Assembly (NCBI GenBank): GCA_965208105.1
Contig: OZ242318.1
Coordinates: forward strand, 800,001-864,000
Reading direction: 5' to 3'
DNA from: Candidatus Latescibacterota bacterium
GTDB lineage: Bacteria > Latescibacterota > UBA2968 > UBA8231
DNA: 64,000 nt
The notes below the pieces were generated by a model. That model was given only the letters and a program-made list of their open reading frames with translations. It made no database searches and was not told the origin of the DNA. Positions within the stretch are counted from its first letter, which is position 1; every line of letters begins with the position of its first letter. Position numbers and translations under genes: made by a program. Positions 27,126-36,561 of the stretch are shown here, one piece after another.

Positions 27126-27913
27126 CCGCACGTGGGCCTGGCCTGAATGGCGCCGAACTCGGCCGCGAAGGCATCGCGGGCAGCCTCGGCTCCCCCCTCG
27201 GCCAAACCCACCCTGCCGCGGCGCGACACCCGTTCCCCCGGTCCGATATCGCCGTAGAAGGGATTGGCGTGAATGCAGCCGAACGCGGAGGCCGCGTTGA
27301 CCTGCAGGTACTGCACCTCCTCCCAGCCCGTCCACACGGTCCTGGAACCATCCGCCGACGTCACGCAGATAAACCCGGTATCCGGGCTCTCCCTGGTAAA
27401 ACGCCACTTGGCTCCCTCGCGGTATGGGTCCCTGTGCCGCAGCGGAGCCCTGTGCCCATCCAGCATGGCGTAGCAGTAGTACGGCTTCCCCCTGCCGAAA
27501 TGCTCCATCTCGGCAAGCTTCACCACCCGGCCGTCGACCACGCAGTGGGTGCGCTTCCAGGTCAGGTCGAGGAAGGAGGCCGCCAAGGTCAGCTGCAGGC
27601 AAACGCAGGCGTGCACGCCTCCCCATTCCCCTGAGGTGAGATTGCCGATCTCCATCTCGAGCCCGAAGCCGGACTCGGCGGCCTGGATGCGGGCAGACAG
27701 GGTGAGAAGCCCGGGCAGCTCGAGGTCATAGGCCAGGCATCCATCCTCCCTTTCCACCCAGACCACGGGATGCTCCGGATTCCGGGCAAAAGGCAGCAGC
27801 CTGCCGCTGTCGCCGATCTCCACGATCTCCGGAATCCACAGGTTCGCCCGATCGATAAGGTGCTCGTCCAGACTCACGACGACCTGTGTGGGCCGCGTCT
27901 GCATGTGCAGCAT
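27122..27913 (-). CDS. Hypothetical protein (beta-sandwich-like)
   Basis: AGGAGAG RBS before MLHMQTRP; protein-like C-terminal 263 aa of the longer track ORF (..GCIHANPFYGDIGPGERVSRRGRV). Confidence 0.7.
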   Translation of the reverse strand: MLHMQTRPTQVVVSLDEHLIDRANLWIPEIVEIGDSGRLLPFARNPEHPVVWVEREDGCLAYDLELPGLLTLSARIQAAESGFGLEMEIGNLTSGEWGGVHACVCLQLTLAASFLDLTWKRTHCVVDGRVVKLAEMEHFGRGKPYYCYAMLDGHRAPLRHRDPYREGAKWRFTRESPDTGFICVTSADGSRTVWTGWEEVQYLQVNAASAFGCIHANPFYGDIGPGERVSRRGRVGLAEGGAEAARDAFAAEFGAIQARPTCG

Positions 27914-27927
27914 CCTCTCTCCTTTCC

Positions 27928-28986
27928 TCACGAAGTTTCCAGGAAGCGCCACAAGTCGTCGAAGCGCGTCCCTTCGATGGGCTCCCGCAGCACCGAATCG
28001 ATCCCTTTCTCCGCCATGTAGCGCGGCGCGAAGCCCAGCCCCCGGTGCAGGGCGGCTTGCTCCAACCCCATCTGCCCCGGCCGCCAGCGCACGCGGCAAC
28101 GGTCCAGCCGCTCGGCGAACCCCGCCGTATCCCCCGCGCAGCACCATGTTATGATCATCGCTCCCAGAGCCACCAGCTCTCCGTGGATCCAGGTGCGCTG
28201 GTTCGCCGTCTCCAGCGCGATCCAGAAAGGATGGTCGCCGCTTGCCGTGCCGGGCATCGACCTCTGGCTGTCGCGCTCCTTGATCCGCTGTGCGATGTTG
28301 GCCGCGCTCGCCGCGGTCATCCCTCCATTTGCATCCAGGGTCGCGGCGAAGGAACGGGCGATGCCCTCGTGCAGCTCCACCAGCTGTGCGGCCTGCGCCG
28401 GGTCGAACGCCGGCCCCTGCCCAAGCCCCGCCCTCCGCCTCCACTCCTCCAGCCCCGCATACCTGCAGAGGATGTCCCCCAGCCCCGCGGTGTGCAGGTG
28501 GTTCGCCGCCTTGAGGACCACTTCGAGGTCCACGAGCACGTACTGGCAGTCCACCCAGGGCCAGTCGTTCACCCCGCCGACGACCTGATAGCCGTCCCAC
28601 CGCGCCACGTGGCCGTGGATGATCGCCCCGGAGGAGAGAATCGTCGGCACCAGGATCAGCTCCGCGTCCTTGTCCAGAGCAACGAACTTCGACGCGTCCA
28701 GGGCCTTGCCCCCGCCCAGGCCGATGACCAGCTCGACCCCGCCGGGCAGCCGGTCGCTGAGTTCCTGCTGATGCCCCGAGTCCAGCCACTCGGCGAAGAC
28801 AACGCCCTCCGGTGCACGAGCGAGGTGGTCCCGGGAGGCGGCGTAGGCGCTGGGGGTGGTTACAATCGCATATGCCGGCCAGTTGGCGCTGTCTTCCCTC
28901 AACAACCCGTGGTCGACGCGGATGTCGTACTCGGCAGCCGGTTTGCAGCGGCTACCCATGTTCCAGCCCCTGTTCGTTTTCTGCAT
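27928..28986 (-). CDS. Glycerol-1-phosphate / glycerol dehydrogenase-like (DHQS-like NAD-binding) protein
   Basis: VIGLGGGKALDASK, VPTILS, AGLGDIL, SGDH..HGELVALG. Confidence 0.8.
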   Translation of the reverse strand: MQKTNRGWNMGSRCKPAAEYDIRVDHGLLREDSANWPAYAIVTTPSAYAASRDHLARAPEGVVFAEWLDSGHQQELSDRLPGGVELVIGLGGGKALDASKFVALDKDAELILVPTILSSGAIIHGHVARWDGYQVVGGVNDWPWVDCQYVLVDLEVVLKAANHLHTAGLGDILCRYAGLEEWRRRAGLGQGPAFDPAQAAQLVELHEGIARSFAATLDANGGMTAASAANIAQRIKERDSQRSMPGTASGDHPFWIALETANQRTWIHGELVALGAMIITWCCAGDTAGFAERLDRCRVRWRPGQMGLEQAALHRGLGFAPRYMAEKGIDSVLREPIEGTRFDDLWRFLETS

Positions 28987-29124
28987 TCGCTCTCCGTCAG
29001 GTAGCGGGTCGTGAGAATGGCCTGTTGCTGGCCGCCCCGGCGAGGTCATTCCACCGATCCCTGGCTCACCGCCGATCGGGGCTAGCAGCCCGGATGGATT
29101 TTTTCTATTTCGAGAGGCACAGCA

Positions 29125-29625
29125 CTAGAGCCGCAGCTCCCGCTGATGCTCGCGGATATGGCTTCGCGGCGCCGGATAGGAACCCGTAGCACCGTTGGGC
29201 TCGAAGCCCTTGCGGGAATAGAGGGCTATGGCCGGCTGGTTGTGGTCCCCCACGTCCAGCAACAGACGCCGCGCGCCGATGACCCGGGCCCAGGCGGCGA
29301 CCGCGTCGATGAGGGCTTCCCCAACTCCAAGCCCCCTGACCGCCGGAGCGACCCACATGGAGGCCAGCCAGGCCGCGTCGTGCAGCAGGTCATCGCGCTC
29401 GCCCCACACCATGCCCACGTCTTCTTCTTCCGCAACCGCTGCGAAGGCAGCGATCTCCTGGAGCTGCGCCGACCAGCTCTGCGGGGGCCGGGCAGCGGCC
29501 TCGTCATAGGTGCCGCAAAAGGCGTCAGGCGCATCGGCCAGGGCCCGCAGCAGGAGGGCGCGAAGACGGGGTCCCTCGTCGAAGGCGAGGCGTTTAACGC
29601 CAATGGTCCACTCGCGAGATATCAC
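29125..29625 (-). CDS. GNAT N-acetyltransferase
   Basis: SMWVAPAVRGLGVGEALI..NQPAIALYSRKGF. Confidence 0.88.
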   Translation of the reverse strand: MISREWTIGVKRLAFDEGPRLRALLLRALADAPDAFCGTYDEAAARPPQSWSAQLQEIAAFAAVAEEEDVGMVWGERDDLLHDAAWLASMWVAPAVRGLGVGEALIDAVAAWARVIGARRLLLDVGDHNQPAIALYSRKGFEPNGATGSYPAPRSHIREHQRELRL

Positions 29626-29637
29626 CCTTGGAGCCCC

Positions 29638-30033
29638 TCAAAGCGGCTTTCCAAAGCACAGGACATAACCGTCCAGGTCCTTGAGCTCGAATGCGCGAAG
29701 ACCGTCGCTTGTATCAGCCAAGGTTTCATGGAAATCCAGTGAGCGGGCCTGGAACTCGGCGAAAAGAGCGTCGGGATCGGAAGACAGAATGAATGCGTCC
29801 CATCTTGCCCACTCGTGCCGCGTGCAGTTGGGCACAGGAAGGATATCTTCAGAAATTTCCTTGAGAAAAATACTCACCCGGTCGCGACTCACAATTCCGA
29901 AAAACGGGTCTTCTTGGGGAATCAGGAGATCTGTCCCGAATCCAAGTTTTCGATTGTAGAAGTCAATCGACTCGGCAAGGGTCTTTACGATGAAAAATGG
30001 AGCGATCGCCCCAAGGGTCGAATTCTCCGCCAT
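29638..30033 (-). CDS. VOC (glyoxalase/bleomycin-resistance) family protein
   Basis: APFFIVKTLAESIDFYNRKLGF..GLRAFELKDLDGYVLCFG; AGGAGG RBS. Confidence 0.88.
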   Translation of the reverse strand: MAENSTLGAIAPFFIVKTLAESIDFYNRKLGFGTDLLIPQEDPFFGIVSRDRVSIFLKEISEDILPVPNCTRHEWARWDAFILSSDPDALFAEFQARSLDFHETLADTSDGLRAFELKDLDGYVLCFGKPL

Positions 30034-30116
30034 CGTGGATCCTCCTTGTGAACTCCTCATGGCATGGGAACCCGGATGGTTAAAATCAACGCCATTGGGG
30101 GCATTCCCTGTCAAGG

Positions 30117-30177
30117 CGCCGGATTTCACCTTATTTTCAAGCGGACATCCGGCGGTCCTCGAAAGGAGACCGCTCCC
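30117..30177 (+). promoter_or_regulatory. Putative RBS-occluding leader with two overlapping hairpins
   Basis: CGCCGGAT (30117-24) pairs with ATCCGGCG (30147-54); GCGGTC (30152-57) pairs with GACCGC (30168-73), enclosing GAAAGGAG. Confidence 0.45.
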
Positions 30178-31470
30178 ATGTATACCCTCCTTCCTTCTCC
30201 TTCCGATATAGATCAGCTTAAGCTGCAGGCGCGAGAGCTTCGAGATGCCTTCAGCGCCGGCGAAGAGGCAGCCGGACAGCGGGTGCGCCGGCATCGGGGT
30301 TCCGCCGCGCCGGAATTCGCCTGCCTTTCATTGCGCAGCTCCCGGGCAATCATCGCCCGCGAGCACGGATTCACCAGTTGGGACCGTCTCAGGCAGTACA
30401 TCGATTCCCCGGCCAAGCCAGCCGCAAGCGACCACGAAAGAGTGTTGGGGCAACCCCACAGCCGGGAGCGCCTGCGCCGCTTGAGCCGCGAGGAATACCC
30501 CATAACCAGGGGGCAGGTTCAGAATATTCTCGACAAAAACCGGCTTGGCGTTCTATCCAGGTTTGAAACCATCGGTGGAACGAACCTGCCCAACACGGTA
30601 ATCGACATTCGCACCACCTCCGGGGATGGCTTCGTCCTCAAGATTCAGACCCGCTCCCTGCCCGAGTGGTCGCTGCGCCAGGAGCATCAGGCCATTCGCG
30701 TTCTGCAAGGCGTCGACGAGGTGCCGGTGTCGGAGAAGTGTGAACTGGACGAGAGCGGCAAAATTATCCCCTTTCCATACCTGATTTCGAACAGGCTGCA
30801 GGGGCGGCAGGGCGAGCTCTTCTTTCAGCAAGCCGGTCACGAGTCGCGTCTTTCGCTGGCAGAGCAGTTGGGAGATATGACCGCCACAATCCACCAGCAG
30901 ACTCCACCACCGGGCCTGCCGAAGTTGCCCAAGGGCATGCGGAGCGTCGAAGAGGCCCTCCTGGGGAATGCGGCCCTCAAGCGGGAGCTGGAAGCCCAGG
31001 TCCCCGGGTTCGAGCGCCGCATAAAGCGAGCCATGGGCGCCCTGGAAGACACGGAGGAAACGGGCGGCGAGGTGCTGCTGAAGGTGGAGGCTGGCCTGCA
31101 CAATCTCCTCGTTGAGGAGAACGGCAGAAACGTGCGGATAAGCGGTCTCTTCGACTTCCAGGCAGCCCGCATCGGCCCCCGAATCACCGACCTGACCAAG
31201 GTCGAGGGCAGCATTGCCACCCACGCGGCGCGAGGCCCATCATGTCCGTCCCCTCACAGGGACCGCTACGTGGAAGCCATGCGCCAGGCTTACCGAGGCC
31301 GGTGTGGCTTCAATCCGGAGTTCGACGACGAAGCGCACCTGATGCTCGACCTGGTCGGACATGCCCGCCTGGTGCGCTACTGGTGGGACTGCTTCGAATA
31401 CCTGCACCCCAGGAACCCGCTGTGGATAGAGCGGGTGGTGCTCGGATTGATGCGGCTGGGAGGAGGCTAG
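30178..31470 (+). CDS. Aminoglycoside-phosphotransferase-like kinase fold with N-terminal helical 'LPxxP..REHGFxSW' module
   Basis: N-term LLPSPSDIDQLKLQARELR..IIAREHGFTSWDRL; FVLKI, PFPYLI, HNLLV, GLFDFQ. Confidence 0.8.
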   Translation: MYTLLPSPSDIDQLKLQARELRDAFSAGEEAAGQRVRRHRGSAAPEFACLSLRSSRAIIAREHGFTSWDRLRQYIDSPAKPAASDHERVLGQPHSRERLRRLSREEYPITRGQVQNILDKNRLGVLSRFETIGGTNLPNTVIDIRTTSGDGFVLKIQTRSLPEWSLRQEHQAIRVLQGVDEVPVSEKCELDESGKIIPFPYLISNRLQGRQGELFFQQAGHESRLSLAEQLGDMTATIHQQTPPPGLPKLPKGMRSVEEALLGNAALKRELEAQVPGFERRIKRAMGALEDTEETGGEVLLKVEAGLHNLLVEENGRNVRISGLFDFQAARIGPRITDLTKVEGSIATHAARGPSCPSPHRDRYVEAMRQAYRGRCGFNPEFDDEAHLMLDLVGHARLVRYWWDCFEYLHPRNPLWIERVVLGLMRLGGG

Positions 31471-31521
31471 CCCGGAGTTGGGGAAGCGATGCTGTTGCTT
31501 CGCCGCCAACAGGCCTGATTC

Positions 31522-33015
31522 TCAAGCTAGCCGGGATAACGCCTCTGCGCCGAATCGTTCGGCGACCTCCAGGGTCTGGTGAACGTCGTCCCAGGTGGTG
31601 GCGCTGTTGAGGATGCACAGCCTGAGACAGAATATCCCCTTGATGCTCGTCGACGAGATGATGGCACGATCATCCCAAAAGACACGGGCGAGCACGTTCC
31701 GGTTGATCTCTTCCAGAACTTCCCCTGAAAGGTCCGCACCCTCCGGGTGGATCCGGAAACACACGATCCCCAGAGTCACCGGATTCATTTTCTCGAGTAC
31801 CGAGCTCGCCCGAATGTACTCCTCCGCCCGGGAAGCAAATTGCATCCCCTGCAAAATTGCTCGCCGGAACGCGCCCAATCCGAAGGTCTGGATCGACATC
31901 CACACCTTCAAGGCGCGAAACGAGCGGCTCAGTTGCACGCTGCGGTCGGCGAAATTGGGATGATTCGCGCCCCATATGGTATCCTGGAGGACATCGTGAT
32001 GCACTGAGAAGACTTTCTCAAGGGTGCGCTCGTCCCGCACCAGCAGGCAGCCCGCTTCGTAGGGCTGAAAGAACCACTTGTGCGCGTCCATCCCGATCGA
32101 ATCGGCGCGCTCCATTCCGCGCAAGAGCTCTTTGCCCTGCTCGGTCACGACCGCGAATCCGCCATACGCTGCGTCAACATGCAGCCAGAAACCTTCCGCC
32201 TCGCAGAAGTCTGCCATGGCTTCGAGCGGATCGATGGCTCCGGTGCTGGCTGTCCCTGCGTTGGCGCACACCGCGATGGGATTGAAGCCGGCATCGCGGT
32301 CCGCGCTCACGGCGCGAGTCAGCGCCTCCATGTCCAGCCGGGTGTGCCCGTCGCTCGGAACCATGCGAATGCCCTCCGGCCGGACCCCGATGATCATCGC
32401 CGCACGGCTGAGCACGCTATGGCTCTGATCGCTCATGTATACGGTAGCGCGCTCAGGGTGGCCGGCGGCCTCCCGGGCGGCGACGAGGGCGTTGAGACTG
32501 GCAGCCGCGCCTCCGCTTGTGAAAAGCCCCCCCGCGCCCTCAGGGTAGCCGAGCCAGCGCCGAAACCAGTCGATGACCACCAATTCGAGCTGGCTCGGAC
32601 CGCTTGCCACCAGCCAGGAGGTTGTATTGATGTTATACCCGGACGCCATGAAGTCGGCCAGCACACTCGGCCAGGTTGCCGACGACGGGACAAACGCGAA
32701 GCATCGGGGATGATCCAGGCGCATCGCGAAAGGGAGGACCATGCGCGCGACCTGTTCAATGACCTCACCTGCCTCCCGGCCGTTTTCGGGCGGATCCTTC
32801 AGCAACTGATCCTCCAGCTCCTGCCTGAAATCACCCTCCCAGGAATCTTCTGCGGGCAAGCGCTCCATCCGCTCCACCAAGATCTCCGCGGCCTTGCCGG
32901 CGAGGTCAAGCATCTTTTCCGGCGTCATCCGGAGCTCACCGGCCGGACGCGGCTTTATCTCCCCTTCCTTTGAGGCAGAATGTGTCCCCCCACTTTTTCC
33001 CGAGATTTCCGTCAT
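31522..33015 (-). CDS. PLP-dependent group II amino-acid decarboxylase (aromatic-L-amino-acid decarboxylase-like)
   Basis: HPRCFAF, FTSGG, SDQSHS, GAIDPL, WLHVDAAYGG, DAHKW. Start uncertain. Confidence 0.92.
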   Translation of the reverse strand: MTEISGKSGGTHSASKEGEIKPRPAGELRMTPEKMLDLAGKAAEILVERMERLPAEDSWEGDFRQELEDQLLKDPPENGREAGEVIEQVARMVLPFAMRLDHPRCFAFVPSSATWPSVLADFMASGYNINTTSWLVASGPSQLELVVIDWFRRWLGYPEGAGGLFTSGGAAASLNALVAAREAAGHPERATVYMSDQSHSVLSRAAMIIGVRPEGIRMVPSDGHTRLDMEALTRAVSADRDAGFNPIAVCANAGTASTGAIDPLEAMADFCEAEGFWLHVDAAYGGFAVVTEQGKELLRGMERADSIGMDAHKWFFQPYEAGCLLVRDERTLEKVFSVHHDVLQDTIWGANHPNFADRSVQLSRSFRALKVWMSIQTFGLGAFRRAILQGMQFASRAEEYIRASSVLEKMNPVTLGIVCFRIHPEGADLSGEVLEEINRNVLARVFWDDRAIISSTSIKGIFCLRLCILNSATTWDDVHQTLEVAERFGAEALSRLA

Positions 33016-33132
33016 CGTTTTCTCTATTTCCACTCTTCCTGTTGCTGCGAATCCCAATGATTGAGAGTGCAGCTCTCCTGGAACGAACAGCGGCTGTTTT
33101 CGACGTGACGGAAGCACATCCCATGAATGTCT

Positions 33133-33741
33133 TCAAGGCTGCGACTTCTTCAGCTCGTCGATTATTCGATCCGAATCCAGACGAATATCGAACTTTTCGT
33201 CGATGAACTTCCATGAGATTTTCCCATTTTCATCAACAATGAAGGTGGCGGGCCGCGCTATGTCCGCATTACCCGGGTCGACCACGTTGTAGGCGGATAT
33301 GGCCTGTAGCTCCTGGTCGGAGAGCGTTGGATAGGTTATTTCCAGCAATTTCCTCGTCGAAGCCACCTCAGAAGTCGAATCAGCGCTGATGGCAATCAGT
33401 TCGGCGCCCTCCGCTTGAATCCCCTCGTATCCTTTTTGCAACTCCACGAGTTGCGACTTGCAGAAGCCTCAGGTCCCCATGCGATAGAAGACCAGTACCA
33501 CCCCCTTGCCCTCATGGTCGGCGAGAGCGTGGACCTTTCCATCGCCGTCAGGAAGGGAAAATGCCGGTGCGTCTGCCCCGATGGCCAACCCTTGACCTGG
33601 AGGGAGTTGTCCCGTCCGGACCTGTTGGGAATCGGCCGTTCCGGCCTCGGATACTCCATTTGCCCTGGCGCAGGCAAAGCACATGAGCGCCGCGGTGAAC
33701 AGCACGACGCTCGCCCGCTCGCTGATGAGTTTTGGCAGCAT
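33133..33741 (-). CDS. Selenocysteine-containing peroxiredoxin-like (AhpC/TSA) exported protein, UxxC
   Basis: Two track ORFs are in frame across the TGA at 33469-33471: APAFSLPDGDG..VVLVFYRMGT-U-GFCKSQLVELQ..LIAISAD..RPATFIVDENG; hydrophobic N-terminal signal. Confidence 0.88.
33438..33454 (-). promoter_or_regulatory. Putative bacterial SECIS element
   Basis: Perfect hairpin GCAACUC-GUG-GAGUUGC starting 14 nt 3' of the in-frame UGA. Confidence 0.7.
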
Positions 33742-34028
33742 TTCTCAAGACTCCTTTCGGGTGAATTTGATCGCATTCATGGGCTAACAAAGCTAAACGA
33801 CGATGGGAGGATGATAGAATCCATCCTGTGGGACTCCTCGATCCAGTTGAGTGTGATTTAGACCCTTTTTCATCCCTGCATCAAGCCACTGCCCAAGACA
33901 GGCCACCGACGCTGTGGGACAGGGGGTGAAATCAAACTTTCTCCCCGCACCACCAGCTTTACCCGAACTTGCGCCCCGGGCGGGGATTCCAGTCCTTTAT
34001 CCCCTTCCTTAAACGCAGAGGTCACGAC

Positions 34029-35159
34029 ATGTCCAGAACCTACAGCGCGGCGGTCATCGGGTCCACCGGCATGGGCGGCTACGGTCATCGCCTGGATGCC
34101 GCCTTCCTGGAGGTCGAAGGGGTCGAGCTGGTCGCCGTCGCCGACCACGACCCCGCAGGACTCGCGGCGGCCGGGGAGCGGCTGGGTGTCTCCCGGCTCT
34201 ACCGCGACTACCGGCGGATGCTCGAGACCGAATTGCCCGATTTCGTCTGCATCGCCCCGAGCTGGGTCACCGAGCGCGTCCCCATGGTCGAGTCGGCGGC
34301 GGCGGCGGGATGCCACATCTACTGCGAGAAGCCAGCGGCGGGCAGCCTCGCCGAGGCGGACAGGATCGAGGCCGCCTGCCGCAGGGCCGATGTCAGAATG
34401 GCGATTGCCCATCAGTGGAGGGCCATGCCCCCGGTGCAAAAGGCCATCGAGGACGTGAAGGCTGGAAAGTTCGGGAAGCTGCTTCGCATCCGTGTCCGCC
34501 CCAAGGATGACAGCCGCGGCGGCGGCGAGGAGCTGCTGCTGCACGGGACCCACATGTTCGACTTGATGATGGCATTTGCCGGTGAGCCGCGCTGGGCCAG
34601 CGGACATGTCACCGTCGGCGGTCGAGACGCCACCGGAGACGATGCCGGGCGGGGCACGGCTCCCGTTGGACCCGTCATGGGCGATTCCATCTCGGCCCTT
34701 TTCGGCTTCGACGGAGGTGTCCGGGGGTTCTTCGACTCCACCGCCAATCTGGCAGTCCCCGGAGAATCCAATTTCGACAACCTCTTCGGTCTTTCCATCG
34801 AGTGCGAGCGGGCATCACTGGAACTGCGCCAACCGGGCGATGTCTACACCTACCCGGCACCGCGGGTGCTGCCCGACCTTGAGGACCTTGCCTGGGAAAT
34901 GGTCGTCCTGCCGCAATGGCACGGCCTCATCGAAAACGCGCCCAGCCTCCTGCACGGGAACTGGCTGGACATCGGCAACAAAATCCTCGCCAGGGACCTG
35001 ATCGACGCGGTGGAATCAGGCCGAGAACCGCTCTCCAGCATCCAATCGGTGCGGTTCGTCAACGAGATGGTTCAAGGGGTCTACAGCTCCCATCTGAGCG
35101 CCGGCCGCCGAATCCCCATTCCCCTGACTGATCGCGCCCATCCGCTGACAGACCGCTGA
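34029..35159 (+). CDS. Gfo/Idh/MocA family oxidoreductase
   Basis: AAVIGSTGMGGYGH, HIYCEKP, LLHGTHMFD. Confidence 0.92.
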   Translation: MSRTYSAAVIGSTGMGGYGHRLDAAFLEVEGVELVAVADHDPAGLAAAGERLGVSRLYRDYRRMLETELPDFVCIAPSWVTERVPMVESAAAAGCHIYCEKPAAGSLAEADRIEAACRRADVRMAIAHQWRAMPPVQKAIEDVKAGKFGKLLRIRVRPKDDSRGGGEELLLHGTHMFDLMMAFAGEPRWASGHVTVGGRDATGDDAGRGTAPVGPVMGDSISALFGFDGGVRGFFDSTANLAVPGESNFDNLFGLSIECERASLELRQPGDVYTYPAPRVLPDLEDLAWEMVVLPQWHGLIENAPSLLHGNWLDIGNKILARDLIDAVESGREPLSSIQSVRFVNEMVQGVYSSHLSAGRRIPIPLTDRAHPLTDR

Positions 35160-35206
35160 ACCAGGATTCCAGGCGGTTTCTCCGGGGCAGAGCCGGCGTC
35201 CCTGGT

Positions 35207-36553
35207 TCAGTCAACAGACGCAGGACCGGGTGCCGTCCGGTAGAAGGCCATGCTGGCGTAGCTCACCAGCGAGCCGGTGTCCGGCTGCCGGTTCTGCCCG
35301 TAGCTGAGCAGAGAGCCGCGGCAGCGGGCCCCGGCCAGCAGGGTGTGGAGCGAGTAGAGTCCGGAGACGGCGTCCACGTTGCGGCTGTTGCGGTCGGCGT
35401 GGAGGATTTGGGTGAAGCCGGCCGCATCGAAGCGCTGGGCGCATCCCAGCAGATCGCGGTCGGCTTGCTCGCAGGAGGAGGCGGCGGCATCGTCCACCTG
35501 TTCCCGATGGCCGAACTTGGGGCCGATGTGAGCCAGGTCCACGCTGAGCAGGTAGAGGGCGCGCTTGCCGCTGGCAGCCACCGCCTGCCGCAGGGCATCC
35601 AGCTCGGTGGCCACCTCCGGAGCCTGCAGCGGGTCCTTGCAGTCGCGCAGGTAGGAATCGACGCTGCCCAGCAGGACCGGGACCACCTCGAAGGGGGGCA
35701 GGTCCTCCCGCGCCTGGATGTACTGCAGAAACAGCAGCGGAAACTCCACCGAGTGCTCGGTGCGGTGCATCCACTGCTTCCGGGTGAGGTCGCGCCCGGC
35801 GCGCCTCGACCAGTCCTCGATCACGCCGCCGCTGGTTGCCACCTGACCGAAGGGGGTCGCGTAGTGCTTGCCGGTGGCGATGGCGAAGCTCTTACCCGCT
35901 TCGGTGCCGCCGTTGTGGGCCACTCCGAGGATGACGAAGAGCTCGAAGGGCGGCGAGCCCGCGGCCGCCTCGGCCAGGGCGGTGAAGGCGGGCGGGTAGA
36001 TTTCGCCGCCGGCGCGAAGGTCGATGTGCGGACACATCAGGGCCGCAAGGTCTGCCGCGGAATTCCCCGGGCTTGCGCCGTCCCTTTCCGAGGCGGCCGG
36101 GGCGGCGGCGAAGAAGCGGTCGAGCATGGCGGCCAGCTCACCCGGTTCCTGCGGATAGGCGGTTCCGGCGTGCCACGGCGGGCGGACCTCCGCATGCTCG
36201 AACTCGGCGCACACCTGGTCCATGCGCTCCGCCGCCACCTGGTCGTCCAGGTAGCAAGCCTCGCTCAGCACCTTCAGCAGGCGGCGGATCTCCTCTTCTT
36301 CGACCTCGTTGTCCGGGAACCGCCGCCGCAGCGCGGCGCGCACCTGTTCGATGGAGTGGCGGCCATCGAGATGGGACAGAACGAGCAGCCCCGCCACGCC
36401 CAGAACCAGGGGCTGGGGTGCGAATTCCAGCGGGTCGCGCAGGCAGAATGCCTGATTGCCCTCCTGCTCAAGGGGGATCACCTCCACCTGGCGGAGGCGG
36501 GGCAGCGGTGAATCGCTGGCGGATTCCAGGGGTGGTGGAGAGGAGTTGCCCAT
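35207..36553 (-). CDS. MEMO1 / AmmeMemoRadiSam protein B-like with N-terminal extension
   Basis: PWHAGTAYP, CPHIDL, LGVAH, TPFG, EHSVE, SVDLAHIG, SLVSYAS. Confidence 0.85.
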   Translation of the reverse strand: MGNSSPPPLESASDSPLPRLRQVEVIPLEQEGNQAFCLRDPLEFAPQPLVLGVAGLLVLSHLDGRHSIEQVRAALRRRFPDNEVEEEEIRRLLKVLSEACYLDDQVAAERMDQVCAEFEHAEVRPPWHAGTAYPQEPGELAAMLDRFFAAAPAASERDGASPGNSAADLAALMCPHIDLRAGGEIYPPAFTALAEAAAGSPPFELFVILGVAHNGGTEAGKSFAIATGKHYATPFGQVATSGGVIEDWSRRAGRDLTRKQWMHRTEHSVEFPLLFLQYIQAREDLPPFEVVPVLLGSVDSYLRDCKDPLQAPEVATELDALRQAVAASGKRALYLLSVDLAHIGPKFGHREQVDDAAASSCEQADRDLLGCAQRFDAAGFTQILHADRNSRNVDAVSGLYSLHTLLAGARCRGSLLSYGQNRQPDTGSLVSYASMAFYRTAPGPASVD

Positions 36554-36561
36554 TCCCCGTC

